This document shows positions 21,506 through 34,110 of a stretch of DNA of 64,000 nt, piece by piece (position 1 is the stretch's first letter; every line of letters begins with the position of its first letter). The stretch comes from Heterodontus francisci (lineage: Eukaryota). The notes under the pieces were generated by a model, which made no database searches, was not told the DNA's origin, and saw nothing but the letters and a program-made list of their open reading frames with translations. The stretch covers positions 28,410,262 through 28,474,261 of the forward strand of contig NC_090413.1 in assembly GCF_036365525.1 (NCBI RefSeq). The letters run 5' to 3'. The position numbers were made by a program, and so were the translations under genes.

Positions 21506-24500
21506 CTGAGGATCTGGTGTTGCCATCTCGAATGATGTGGTTATTTTTCGCTTAAGGCTGTAAATCTTGTACAGATGTTTTTAATCTCTGTGTCAAAACA
21601 CTTTGGTTTTTATGTTTTTGGAGGAGGGTAAAACTTGTATCTGTGAATTCGGGGTATGCATAAGGCTAGAACTTGTCAAACTGACTGAAAGCTGACCTCA
21701 TGGCACATCAGCCACCCAATCACCGTGTCCCCTTTTGGGGGATGTGAGTATGCAATGAGGTGGTAATCACCATATCTGCCTTCTCTCACCTAGCTTATTG
21801 TTGGTAGAGCTTTGGGACCAGTTAGTGTGAACCAGTGAGTGATCCGGGGATGTACATTTGCCCTCAAGTGCAGTATTTCTCCACCACAAGTTTAAAAATG
21901 CATGGAATTGGCTACAAAAATTGCTTTTCGGTAATGATGCTGATTACAAATAAGTCTCACTGGCTGTTTCTGAACCAGCCTGAAAGGTCATTTGTGTGGT
22001 GCTGCAGAAAAATACGCACTTTACAATACTTTACCATTTTAAGCAAGTATTTTACGTCAAAGCCCGTTCTGTGAGGTGTCGGTTGTCTCTGGTGAATTAC
22101 TTTGCTTCTGTGCAGCTTTTTTCCAAACGTTTCCCAGGGGAGTGGAATTAATTTAGTGAGTTCTTTTCCTTTTGTTTTAGTTGGACTGCCCCATGTCCTC
22201 TGCTTTTAAGATTCATCACGAGACTGGCTGGTTTGGTTTTCAGTTCTTCTGCATACCCCTGATATCTGTCGGTTTATCTTTCAATGTTTTTCCTTAATTT
22301 TTCATTTCATTTTGTGAGCCAACTTTTGCCTTTGATTTAGAAATGCCCCTTTTTTTTAAATCTCTAATTTTTAGTGAATTATTTGCAGGAAAAAGGTTAT
22401 ATGCTTGTCCCTTTTTTCCCCTTTTTTAAAAATTGAGCAGTTGGGGTAATTAATTTTGTTCCTGTTTGGCGTGTGTATACACATCCGTGTTTGTTTCTGC
22501 TTATCAAAGCTTTGTTCTGCAAAAACTTTAGACGTTGAATTTTCATGTCCCATAACCTGTGGGCCTTTTATGCCAGCCAACTTTCCATTGGGCTTGGACA
22601 GAGATCCGAAACTGGCAAGTGTGGGACCCTAGCCATAAAAAGATCAAATGTAAATATAAGAAACAGTAGCAGTTATTGCAGATGCTAGCTTCTGTTACGA
22701 TGCTGTGTGCAGATTAAAGCTGCAGGACATAGTGTCTCTTCCAGTTGCCTTGCAATACATTAACCACCTGCACTGTTTGTGTTTGTTTTGCCTCTATTTG
22801 AAGTTGGTGGTGGAATTTCTCCAATTTTATCACACCTCTGGTCTGCAGTTCCTCGGTTTGAGACCTGAGCTGAAGGAGAACAGGTTTCTATTGGAGCATT
22901 TGTCCAATTTGCCTGATGCAACATGTTGGGGTTTCAAAGCAAAACCGCCTTTGAATGTCCACTGCTTTCTTGCTTTCGACCGAGATTGAGGGAAGAGGAC
23001 TGAGAAATAGATAATTAAGACATGTCTGAGTACTTTCCTGATCACTTTCTCACTCTCCCCAGCCACCAAAAAGCAGGTCAAAATGGGTAAAGTCAGGGTG
23101 AGAAAGCGTGTCCTGCTGGGAGAGGGTGGGATGCAGTAATATAGAGCAAAACAAACAAGCCAATAAAAATTCTGATGAGCTGCGCATGAGCAAGCCAAGG
23201 GTCGAGTGTGAGATGGGGATCCTATGCACTGATCTTCTGGTTTGTGTATTGCCCAATCCATTAACACAATACTTATTGCTTTAACTCTAATCTGATCATG
23301 TTGCAGGCTGAGCTCTGGGTGAGTATGATTGGCAAGAGGTCCAGAATCTGACCAAGTGGGTGGCAACCAAAATGCAGGGTCCATTCCAAGTTAATATTTT
23401 CTCCCCTGCCAATAGGTATGGAATCCATGTCGAAACTTGTGGTTTCATCCAGGATTGTCTGTTTGTGAGCGGGCATAGATAGTGAGTGTTGATAGGCTAT
23501 TTGGGGGAAGATCCCAGCCTAAGCCGGACACTGCCCTTGCCTGATGTGCACATTTCAGGTTGAGAAGTTGGATAGCAATGAAGAATGCCAGCCTTAACTT
23601 CTCCCCCTCTACTGTGGCCAATTGTAGTATCTCTGCTAACTCAGGAGACTGGGGGTTGAACCTCCAACCTTTCCATTGCCTGTGGTTGACCTGCTTAGTC
23701 CCTCTTTAAAGGAAAATAGTCGGTGACTGGTATGTGAACTGTGAACCATGTTTAACACAGTGGTTCAGTACGTTGGCCTCCAAGTTCAGAAGTGAATGGG
23801 GGATGTTATGTTGATGGATTCCTGCTTTGAATTGCTATTCAGTGACCCTGGCTGGAATCTGTAAGGACTGAGCCAGCTGCAATGTTCCATTTATACTGGA
23901 ACATGCTGCTGACACTAGCTGTCTTGACTAAATTGTAACCAAGGGCACCTTGGGGGGGGGGGGGGGGGGGGGGGGGAAAGGATAAAACTGGTGACATTTT
24001 CTGTAATTGAAATAAGTATTTCAACATGCACTGTCCCCTACCACTGATTTGCAAGCAGGAATAGCACAGGATGTGCAGCTTGTGTCTGAAAATAGGTGTG
24101 ACCATTCCTGCAACATCTGCTGCAGTGAGTTCCTGACATTGGCTATGCCATCATAGAAACAGGTTCTATCCTTTAGCTGTGTGCGGGTGGAGGAAGGATT
24201 TGATATTTCCCTGTTGCCCCCTTCCACAACAACAAAACTTCTTATACTTGGGAGGCCAGTCACCCAGAGGCTAGCTTGTTTTGTAGCTACTTCAAGTACA
24301 GCAGAGACCTGCTGCTTGTATGGAATGTGAAAGGTGGCATAAAGGGTCTGAAAAGACAGGAGTGTCTTAATTGGACATAAGTTCAGCTGTGTAATTGAGT
24401 AGGAACCTAGTGCAATTTCATGTTTGGAGAGTCCATTCTACATCTCTAATAAAATTGGAAATTGCTCTTAATTCTGTTTGTTTGATTTCTTTAAACCTTT

Positions 24501-24970
24501 TTGGACAATCTGCCTAATCACTGCCACTATCCTCCTCTTATCTGCATTATTAAAGTATAGAAATTCCTGAGCTTGCAAGCAATTAATGTTCTTTTAATCT
24601 GATACATCTATTCCTAGTTTTGAGTCAGATCAAAGTGCAATTAAATACTGCTCTGACTTCTGATAGCCCAGTTGATCGTCCCATACAGACCTGGAACTGT
24701 CCCTGATTTGAGGTCTGCTTTGCGGTATTTGCTGATCTCAGTTGAAACACTACGTTTGCCCTGAGAATATTGGGGCTAGAATGGGGGTAATTACTCCTGA
24801 TCTCATTCCAGCCACTTGTGCTGCTGAGTGCATGCACATGAAGTGATTCAGGCTCAGCTGTGATGCCCGACAGTCAAGTTGTCTGTTAAAATTGTGTTTC
24901 TCGAACTTTTTAGTAAACTTGTAATACATTGAAGTTCACTACCTGAATTAAAATACTGTTATTGAAGAAA
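21506..24970 (+). other. RAVER1: Probable long U-rich RAVER1 3' UTR (3' end uncertain)
   Basis: U-rich, TE-poor sequence after the stop; candidate poly(A) signals AATAAA at 23162 and ~24448 and ATTAAA at ~24549 and ~24947. Confidence 0.4.
23952..23976 (+). repeat. poly(G) run, 25 nt
   Basis: read directly from the sequence. Confidence 0.95.
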
Positions 24971-26454
24971 TACATATAACAGAAATATCATAATGAATAC
25001 AGAAATCTTCTGACCTTGGCAGACTGATAGGTTATTACATAAGCCTCCACTTTCAGAAGTCAAATCCTTCAGTTGTGGCAGTGATTTGATGAAATATTGC
25101 CACGAAAAAAAGATGGTCTTTGAGCAGCATGCTCTCCATGAGATCTGATCCCACAAAAGTTTGAAAAGGTTTGTAAGATCTTGCATTGGCTTTCATTTCC
25201 TGTGCACACTTTTCTTTCCCTGCAACAACTTTTCCCATTGTAAATTGCTTTGAACTTTCCCCTTTCCATTTTGCTGTCAACAGTCACGATGCAGTTACAG
25301 GTTCTGGCCATTAGGTGGGCCTGTGGGCTGAATTTCTGGATCGAAGGCCAATGCCCAGTGGCGCAAACACTCCATGCATCCGTAACGCCTTTATTTCTCT
25401 AAATGGCCGCCTGTTTTGTCAATTGAGGGAGACGCATATTTTTGTGATCAAAGCTATTCCTGATGTGTATAAGGGCTTTTAGACTTGAGGGGCCTGTAAG
25501 CAGATTCAAGCTCATGCCCATGGATAGGGAAGGGGAGTGATGCAAGGAGACAGCAGGAGTCTGCAAGAAAACATTCTAAAACTATCAATAATGGACAACT
25601 CAATCTTAATACGTTTTCGTAATCTCGTTCAATGGTACTTTTCTGTGCAAATATTTACATTTGATTGACAAACTAATTTGATATACCTAAGGTGACAAGG
25701 TTTAAAGGAGTGAATTCCAGTGTGTAGAGTACAAAGGTAAGAATTAACTAAGATTGTAACATCTTAAAATTGGTTTACAGCTTCAAATCGTTTTATGGAC
25801 AACACTCGATAAAAGATGCCACACGATCGTGAGTGTAACTCAACGATCAGTTCATTTGTTTTGGGAGATGAAGAATTAATATTTGAGGATTGCTGAAAAA
25901 AAAGATATGCTGTTGAAACTTTTCATCTTGCACTCATAAGTACAGTTGTGAGAATGCAATATTTTAAAGGGAGCAACAATTTTTATGCATGAGAAAGGGT
26001 GCTGATGGCAAGTTGACTCTGGCTGAGGCATTACGGTGGAGAATTAAACAGATGATGAGGGATAATTGGAACTTTCAAACGGAGAGCGATAGCTTTTGGT
26101 TAGATTAAGGATGAAAGGTGTGAAAATGAAGTTTAGATGCAGTTGAGCCGTGGTCGAATTGGTGGAACAGCCTTGAGGGGTTGAATGGCCTCCTTCTGTT
26201 CAGGTGTGGAGATGAAGTTAGGACAGCAACCAACAAACGAGAAAGTGGCAGCCAGAAAGTCAGATGGAGAATGTTCTAGATTTCCTATGAAGGGTCATTT
26301 CTTGAGCCAGATTTTAATATTTATTTCTGACTCTTTAGCTTTCCCAAACTTCTGGAATTAAAAGAAAGTATTTCACGTTGAGAAGCTATTTAACATTTGA
26401 GGAGTTTCAGAATTTTCCAATTTTTTGGGGGCTTAGATGTTGGCAATGATAATG

Positions 26455-26535
26455 GGCCTGTCTCTTTAAGAAACTGCCCCTTTAAGAGGCTGCGCTTGCG
26501 TCATGGAGCGGGTCAGGTGACCAGGTGTCATGGCG
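26455..26535 (+). promoter_or_regulatory. FDX2 CpG-rich promoter / 5' region
   Basis: CpG rise, NRF1-like TGCGCTTGCG (26491-26500), CTTTAAG twice, YY1-like CATGGCGG at the start codon. Confidence 0.5.
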
Positions 26536-26668
26536 GCGGCCAGTGTGACTCGGTGTGGCCTCCGCTTCGCCCTCAGGCTGAGACCTGCTCGGCTGGGACC
26601 GGGACCGCGGAGACAGCGACAGGAAAACTGGCCCAAGGCCCAAGCCCGGCCCCTCCACACCGGCCTGA
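26530..26668 (+). CDS. FDX2: FDX2 exon 1 (mitochondrial transit peptide MAAASVTRCGLRFALRLRP...)
   Basis: gtcATGG Kozak context, |gtgagt donor, phase 1. Confidence 0.88.
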
Positions 26669-26717
26669 GTGAGTGAAAGGCAGAGGCCGCCCTGGGCCCA
26701 GTGCGGAACCCCGGGGA

Positions 26718-27690
26718 TGAGGGGGGGGGGGGGGGGGGAAACAGTGACCCCAGGGGAGTGAGGGGTGGGGGAGAGACAGTGACCCCAGGGAGGAGAGAGG
26801 GGTGGGGGAGAGACAGTGACCCCAGGGAGGAGAGAGGGGTGGGGGGAGACTTTCCCCAGAGGGGTGGGGTGGAGGAGAGTGACCCCAGGGGAGAGTGAGG
26901 GTTGGGGGAGAGACAGTGACCCCAGGGGGGAGAGAGGGGTGGGGGAGAGACAGTGACCCCAGGGAGGAGAGAGGGGTGGGGGGAGACTTTCCCCAGAGGG
27001 GTGGGGTGGAGGAGAGTGACCCCAGGGGAGAGTGAGGGGTGGGGGAGAGACAGTGACCCCAGGGAGGAGAGAGAGGTGGGGGAGAGACAGTGACCCCAGG
27101 GAGGAGAGAGAGGTGGGGGAGAGACAGTGACCCCAGGGAGGAGAGAGGGGTGGGGGGAGACTTTCCCCAGAGGGGTGGGGTGGAGGAGAGTGACCCCAGG
27201 GGAGAGTGAGGGGTGGGGGAGAGACAGTGACCCCAGGGAGGAGAGAGAGGTGGGGGAGAGACAGTGACCCCAGGGAGGAGAGAGGGGTGGGGGGAGACTT
27301 TCCCCAGAGGGGTGGGGTGGAGGAGAGTGACCCCAGGGGAGAGTGAGGGTTGGGGGAGAGACAGTGACCCCAGGGGGGAGAGAGGGGTGGGGGAGAGACA
27401 GTGACCCCAGGGAGGAGAGAGGGGTGGGGGGAGACTTTCCCCAGAGGGGTGGGGTGGAGGAGAGTGACCCCAGGGGAGAGTGAGGGGTGGGGGAGAGACA
27501 GTGACCCCAGGGGGGAGAGAGGGGTGGGGGAGAGACAGTGACCCCAGGGAGGAGAGAGGGGTGGGGTGGAGGAGAGTGACCCCAGGGGAGAGTGAGGGGT
27601 GGGGGAGAGACAGTGACCCCAGGAGAGGGAGAGACACCAGGGGAGAGTGAGGGGGGGGGGGGGGTGGGGGAAGGGACAGTGACCCCAAGG
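26718..27690 (+). repeat. G-rich minisatellite in FDX2 intron 1 (~37-bp unit, 137-bp higher-order period)
   Basis: GAGACAGTGACCCCAGGGAGGAGAGAGGGGTGGGG units; the GACTTTCCCC variant recurs at 26851, 26988, 27162, 27299, 27436. Confidence 0.95.
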
Positions 27691-28142
27691 GGATTAGGTC
27701 CCTCCCCAAGATTGAGCCACCATCTGAATCTGACGTCACCCAGATGATGAACGGTTGCTACAACAGGGCAGCTTCCAGCAAATCCTGAGTTCTGTCCCCA
27801 GTCTCTGTCTGTGCCCTATTCTGGCCCTTGGTTCTATTCCTGTGTACGGCTCCAGTGAAGCGACAAGTTAAAATATTTCTTCTTCTTTCAGGCAGTTAGG
27901 AATGACAAACAACAAGATCAGGCAAGTAATAAAAACAGATGCTGCCGGGCCTGCTGAGTATTTCTTGTTTTTATTGAAGATCAGGCAAGTGTTTAATTCA
28001 GTTGTTAACTCCACCACAGCAAATGTTCAACCTGACCCTTCACTTGGTGTACAAGTCACTGATGGTCTGACAGATGGGCAGCTTCGATGTGGCTTCATGC
28101 AGTCCTTGGTTAAAAGTGTTGATCACTTTTGTTTGTTTCCAG

Positions 28143-28194
28143 ATGCTTGTCAGTGTGAAGACACAAACCAGAAACCCGACAGTTCAACAGACGT
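28143..28194 (+). CDS. FDX2: FDX2 exon 2
   Basis: tttccag| acceptor, |gtaagt donor, 52 nt, phase 1-2. Confidence 0.88.
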
Positions 28195-28684
28195 GTAAGT
28201 ATAAAAAGCCGACGTGTGGAGGTTTCTTACTCCCATTCTATTCTGATTTTAGTCCAGTTCCTTGTCCCTCCCTAATTTTTTCTTCTCCTGAATGTGCTGA
28301 CTCATGCTGAGATACATTCACTCCCTCCCCTCCTTTCCTATGGCCTGTTGGTTTTGCATTTTCTGTTGATGGAGAGATCTGACAAGTAACTGGGGATCTC
28401 CTATCAATATCCCAGATCACTTTGCATCAAAGGTTCTGTGATTTCACAGGGTCTATGGAAGTGATTTTTTGAGATAAAGTATCTGAAGCAAGCTCAAATC
28501 ATAACATCATAAGATTCCATCAGGGCTGCTGTGTGAATCATAGGCAAATGAGAGGGACCAGACCACTTCCCAGAGAGGACATCAACTCCTTTAGGAATAA
28601 AACTGACCAGAAATAAATTGAGTGTTTTTACAGGCAACTTTCAATAAATACACAACATTGTGTAATGATTTATAATTTTCATGA

Positions 28685-28837
<153 letters not shown>

Positions 28838-29453
28838 TGATGGAGCCAGATCTTTAAATTCTTCAGCTTCTTAAAGTGGACAGGCTTATTTAGTGATTTG
28901 AGTTAAGGGATAAATATTTGGGTCACTGGGGAAATGTTCCAGTTGTTCTTGAATAGCTTAACTGAGGGCATACAGGGACTCGGTTTAACATGTCATCTGA
29001 AGGTATTTTGGGAATCATATTCCATGATTCCCATCAACCAGTCAGTTGTGTGAAGCTGAATGCTTTTTGTCAGCAGGTGTAGATATTTGAGGGCCCTGTA
29101 TGTTCTGGTACCTCGCATGATAAATGCCTGGTGTGGCTGTTCCACACATCACTGAACTACTCCAAGTTCATCCCTGCTCTTGGCTCTGTTGGACAACCTC
29201 ATCTGCGTGGCAATAGTTGGATTGAGGGACACTGACAAAGGATGAAGTTCCTACTTCTAAACGCTATCCAGTCACTCTTATGTGTGAGCGGGCGCGCTGT
29301 GTAGATTTTTGGGAGGGACGGGATCAGATTCGGCTATGAATTCACCCATGTTGATTTCAACAACTCTGGGCTCACGTAAAGAAAGGAGACTTGAGCAAGG
29401 CACCAGAGAGCTACCCCCACTCACTCGTGTACTTGTACCTCACCAAGTGTTGA

Positions 29454-29723
<270 letters not shown>

Positions 29724-30360
29724 TAACCTGTTTTCTCTAGGATCCAATATTTGCAGTGTAAAGTGGTGAATGTGAGCAATTGGTCCAAGAGCCAACAGTT
29801 ATACCCTTTTAGCACTGGGTTTAGCACCGAAAGTTGTGAAGGATCCCAATTGTATAATCCTAATCTCTTCCATAGATGAAACATCACCATACTGTCGGAC
29901 AATATATTTCAGGTTACACGACAGATCAGAAGTTTTACAAGACATAAAATTATACAAATTGTAGCAGCAGGTAAACAGTAATATGTTCACAGCAAAACTT
30001 TATATATCTGTTTCTGAAACAATAATTAACAAAACTGTTCAAATGACTCTTATATGGAACACTGCAATCTCTGTGAAGTTCTCTCTTACTGCTGAGTATT
30101 GGAATATTAATGCTGTAACTGAGAGTTTATTAGCAGTACAGGCTGATGCACAATTTGTGGCAACAAAATGCCACCACTGGTGGTTGGATGTAATTACAAT
30201 GTGACATGTTTACATGAGTAATTTCCATTATAACTGGTGGCATAGGAATTCATAATGAAAAAAAAGTTAACCCAAAAATGTGGCAACAGGTTTTGCCAGT
30301 GGGAAGTAACATTTTTAATACTTTAGCAATAGATATACTTGCCAGAATTTGAAAAGATGA

Positions 30361-30570
<210 letters not shown>

Positions 30571-32040
30571 TGGGCATTTGCCAGGACTTGTGGCATGCAG
30601 GGTGGCTCACATCATTCCAGTAATGCTTTAAGCACACAGCTCACTCAATGATGGACCAGTAGCAAATGGGCAGAGACTCCAAACTCGAGACGGGGGGTGG
30701 GGGGGGGCCAAGAGGAGCATCAGAAGCAATTTGGCAATTTAGAGTGGGAGAGAGGTCAGGTGACAAGAAACATAGGGGGAAAGGTCACTCTCATTCCTCT
30801 CTCTCTCTCTCTGTTTGCCCTCCCCCCTCTCCCCAGTAGATGTGCCTTTAGCCAATGGTGAGATTTAGAATCAACAGATATCATTCGAGGCCATTTCTGA
30901 TGATTTTTATTGTCTCTGTCTGGCTCTCTCCTCCACCTCGGTTGCCATTTAGCCGAAGAAGAACATTTAAAAGTTGTGAAGTTGGGCAAAGGAAAACGTG
31001 AACATCCCAAGGATTTCTAAGCAGTGTGTAAATTACTGCCAGGGTGCAAATTAGGTCACAGGAAGTGATGTGTTTGACCCTGGCACTCTGCCCCTTCCCC
31101 ACTGACTACGGCTATTGACACCAATAAGGTGCTGTCCATCAGATGGGACTAACCTGTCATGATTTGGGACTGTGCAGTTAGGATTTCAATCCTTGTTTGT
31201 TCACATCTTTATAAAGCCACAACCCAGCACTGATGGAATCTGTGATTCTGTGAATTGCCTCCTTTATAATGAAGGGGACAATAATTTCTGGACATAAAAA
31301 TATAAAATTCTAACTTATAAACAGGATGTTAAATGGCTGCAGTCACTTCTTGAGAGAAGCTCCACGACAGATTCTGCATCTCTGCAATTATTGGAAATGT
31401 GACACAAGAGCAGTGTCACAACAGAAATATTGTGGGATCAAGAGTTTCAAAAAAAATTAAGGAGCGGGTTCGGCTGTGAGGGAGTACAGATTTCTGGAGG
31501 GTGATCAGAAAATGAAGGATGCTAATGAAGTGTGTGTGTGAATTATTGACCAGCAGAGCAGCCGATTCCTGGGAATGATTGCAAAGTTCTCTGGGATTTG
31601 AGCACCAGACAATTCGAGGCTGAGGCTCTGAATATTTCATCTAAGCTGCAAACTGAGATCCCTCCTCTCAGATCTGGACACCTAGAGTGTGGGCAGTAAC
31701 CACACCTGGATTGATTGTAATTCACCAAACCCTCTGCATCGTCCTTCATGGGACAGTTTCTGTGTAAATCGCACTGTCGGTGTGCAGGTGGCTGGGGTAA
31801 AGGCTACCAGTCGCTCAGCCTCTCAAACAGCAATGTGCTGACTACACCCTCTTATAACACAACATATAATCTAAGTATATATTCCAGTATTTCACAGCAA
31901 TGCTGTTTCTGCCAGTTGGAGCATTTTGGGAAAGCTTGTATGTGTTTTTTTTTGTTACGGTTAGTAAATGTGGCTAGATTATAAACATTTGGAAATTATT
32001 TAAACTTTGTTACATTAAAATATTGATACACATAATCTAC

Positions 32041-32046
32041 AATAAA
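32041..32046 (+). terminator. Probable FDX2 polyadenylation signal AATAAA
   Basis: AATAAA preceded by ATTAAA and TGTA in AT-rich sequence ~1.5 kb after the stop. Confidence 0.55.
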
Positions 32047-32616
32047 ACCAGAGACATATTTTGTCACCACTCTTGTCACGCCTCTATTTGAGCAGCTGAA
32101 GCCAGTGTCAATTGCTCTGGACAACTGTCTGAACAAACTCTCGGCCAGTGTATTTTTGTGAAGAGTTTGAATTGAAGCATTGCCCATTCTACTGCGACTT
32201 GGGGAAACTCTCACCCAGTGAATCAGAACCTGATGGAGGGGTTTCTCCTGGAGCCACAATCTTAACATTAGAGCCAGCCGCATGGATCAGGAATCACTTT
32301 CTCTTGTGAAGTGGAAATCTGGAATTCTCTCAACAACAATGATGATGATGACGACAATGACTTGCATTTTACAGTAAAATGTCCCAAGTGTTTGTCAGCA
32401 GCAACATCAAAGAAAACTCCTCTGCCAAAAGGCTGTGGATGCTGCATCAATGATCCAGTTTGGGCATTTTTATTTGTTGAAAGAGCATGCATTTATAAAG
32501 TGTCTGTCCTGACCTCTGGCAATCTCAGTGACTTACAGCCCATGGAAGTGTTTTTTTTTTGGAAGTTTGGTCACTGGTGTGGACATGGATCGAAGACTGG
32601 TCAGTGGAGCAGATCC

Positions 32617-33045
32617 GTGACTCCCATCCTGCAGGGGGCGCTGTGGTGGGAGGAGTGACTCCCATGCGGCAGGGGGCGCTATGCGGCAAGGGCGCTGTGC
32701 GGGGAGGAGTGACTCCCATGCGGCGGGGGCGCTGTGCGGAGAGGAGTGACTCCCATGCGGCAAGGGCGCTGTGCGGGGAAGAGTGACTCCCATGCGGCGG
32801 GGGCGCTGTGCGGAGAGGAGTGACTCCCATGCGGCGGGGGCGCTGTGCGGGGAGGAGTGACTCCCATGCGGCGGGGGCGCTGTGCGGGGAGGAGTGACTC
32901 CCATGCGGCGGGGGCGCTGTGCGGAGAGGAGTGACTCCCATGCGGCGGGGGCGCTGTGCGGGGAGGAGTGACTCCCATGCGGCGGGGGGCGCTGTGAGGG
33001 GAGGAGTGACTCCCATGCGGCGGGGGGCGCTGTGGTGGGAGGTCT
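32617..33045 (+). repeat. CpG-rich 37-bp minisatellite (~11 units) at the FBXL12 promoter
   Basis: GTGACTCCCATGCGGCGGGGGCGCTGTGCGGGGAGGA repeated. Confidence 0.95.
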
Positions 33046-33135
33046 CCCGGGGAGGCGGCGCCCGCTTCCCGGCTGTCTTGTGTGTGTTTCCCTGCCAGGC
33101 GGATGTTGTCGATCACTTTGTACCTGCTGCTGAAA

Positions 33136-33242
33136 ATGGCCGCAGTGTTGGCGGAAAAGGCAACGTTGAACTCGCTGCCGGAGAATGTGTTGGTGGAAAT
33201 CCTGTCCTACCTGTCAACCCGGGACCTGCTCCGGATCAGCAG
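33136..33242 (+). CDS. FBXL12: FBXL12 exon 1 (F-box N-terminal part); an in-frame upstream ATG at 33103 is an alternative start
   Basis: aaaATGG context, ag|gtaccg donor, phase 2. Confidence 0.9.
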
Positions 33243-33451
33243 GTACCGGCCTAGGGGAGAGGAGGGCAGAGACAGGCCCGGGGGTGGCGGATGTGTGGGC
33301 CGGGCCTGGGCTCCTCAGGGGGCGACACTCGCTCACCCCCCAGTAGCCGGGACTGTCGCCTCCTCTCCGCCTAACATTGTCGGGCTGTCGCTCTGTGTCG
33401 GAGACTCCGACCACCTCAATCACTCTGCTGACATTTCTTCATCGTGACAGA

Positions 33452-34110
33452 TCTCAGGAGAGGGGGAATTGTACCCCAGGGAGAGTCAACATCTTCAGGA
33501 GAGGAGGAACTGTACCCCAGGGAGTGTCAACACCTTCAGGAGAGAGGGAACTGTACCCCAGGGAGTGTCAACACCTTCAGGAGAGAGGGAATTGTACCCC
33601 AGGGAGTGTCAGCACCTTCAGGAGAGGGGGAATTGTACCCCAGGGAGAGTCAGCACCTTCAGGAGAGGGGGAATTGTACCCCAGGGAGAGTCAGCACCTT
33701 CAGGAGAGGGGGAATTGTACCCCAGGGAGAGTCAGCACCTTCAGGAGAGGGGGAATTGTACCCCAGAGAGAGTCAGCACCTTCAGGAGAGGGGGAATTGT
33801 ACCCCAGGGAGAGTCAGCACCTTCAGGAGAGGGGGAATTGTACCCCAGAGAGAGTCAGCACCTTCAGGAGAGGGGGAATTGTACCCCAGGGAGTGTCAAC
33901 ACCTTCAGGAGAGAGGGAATTGTACCCCAGGGAGAGTCAGCACCTTCAGGAGAGGGGGAATTGTACCCCAGGGAGAGTCAGCACCTTCAGGAGAGGGGGA
34001 ATTGTACCCCAGGGAGAGTCAGCACCTTCAGGAGAGGAGGAACTGTACCACAGGGAGAGCCGGCACCTTCAGGAAAGGGGGAAATGTACCCCAGGAAGTG
34101 TCAGAGCTGA
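33452..34110 (+). repeat. 41-bp minisatellite (~16 units) in FBXL12 intron 1
   Basis: CCTTCAGGAGAGGGGGAATTGTACCCCAGGGAGAGTCAGCA repeated. Confidence 0.95.

Noticed and set aside
22830-23384. 184-aa minus-strand ORF
   Set aside because: Lies antisense in the probable RAVER1 3' UTR; no domain or splice support.
26573-27739. 388-aa Pro/Leu/Ser-rich ORF on the minus strand
   Set aside because: Translation of the G-rich minisatellite; stop-free only because of its composition.
32311-32658. ORF with CPKC...KKTPL suggesting a ZGLP1/GATA finger remnant
   Set aside because: No second CxxC with GATA spacing and no W-R motif; the segment overlaps an L2/SINE tail (gacttgcattt...tcccaagtg).
32525-33116. 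Several overlapping 120-160-aa ORFs
   Set aside because: All are frames of the 37-bp minisatellite.
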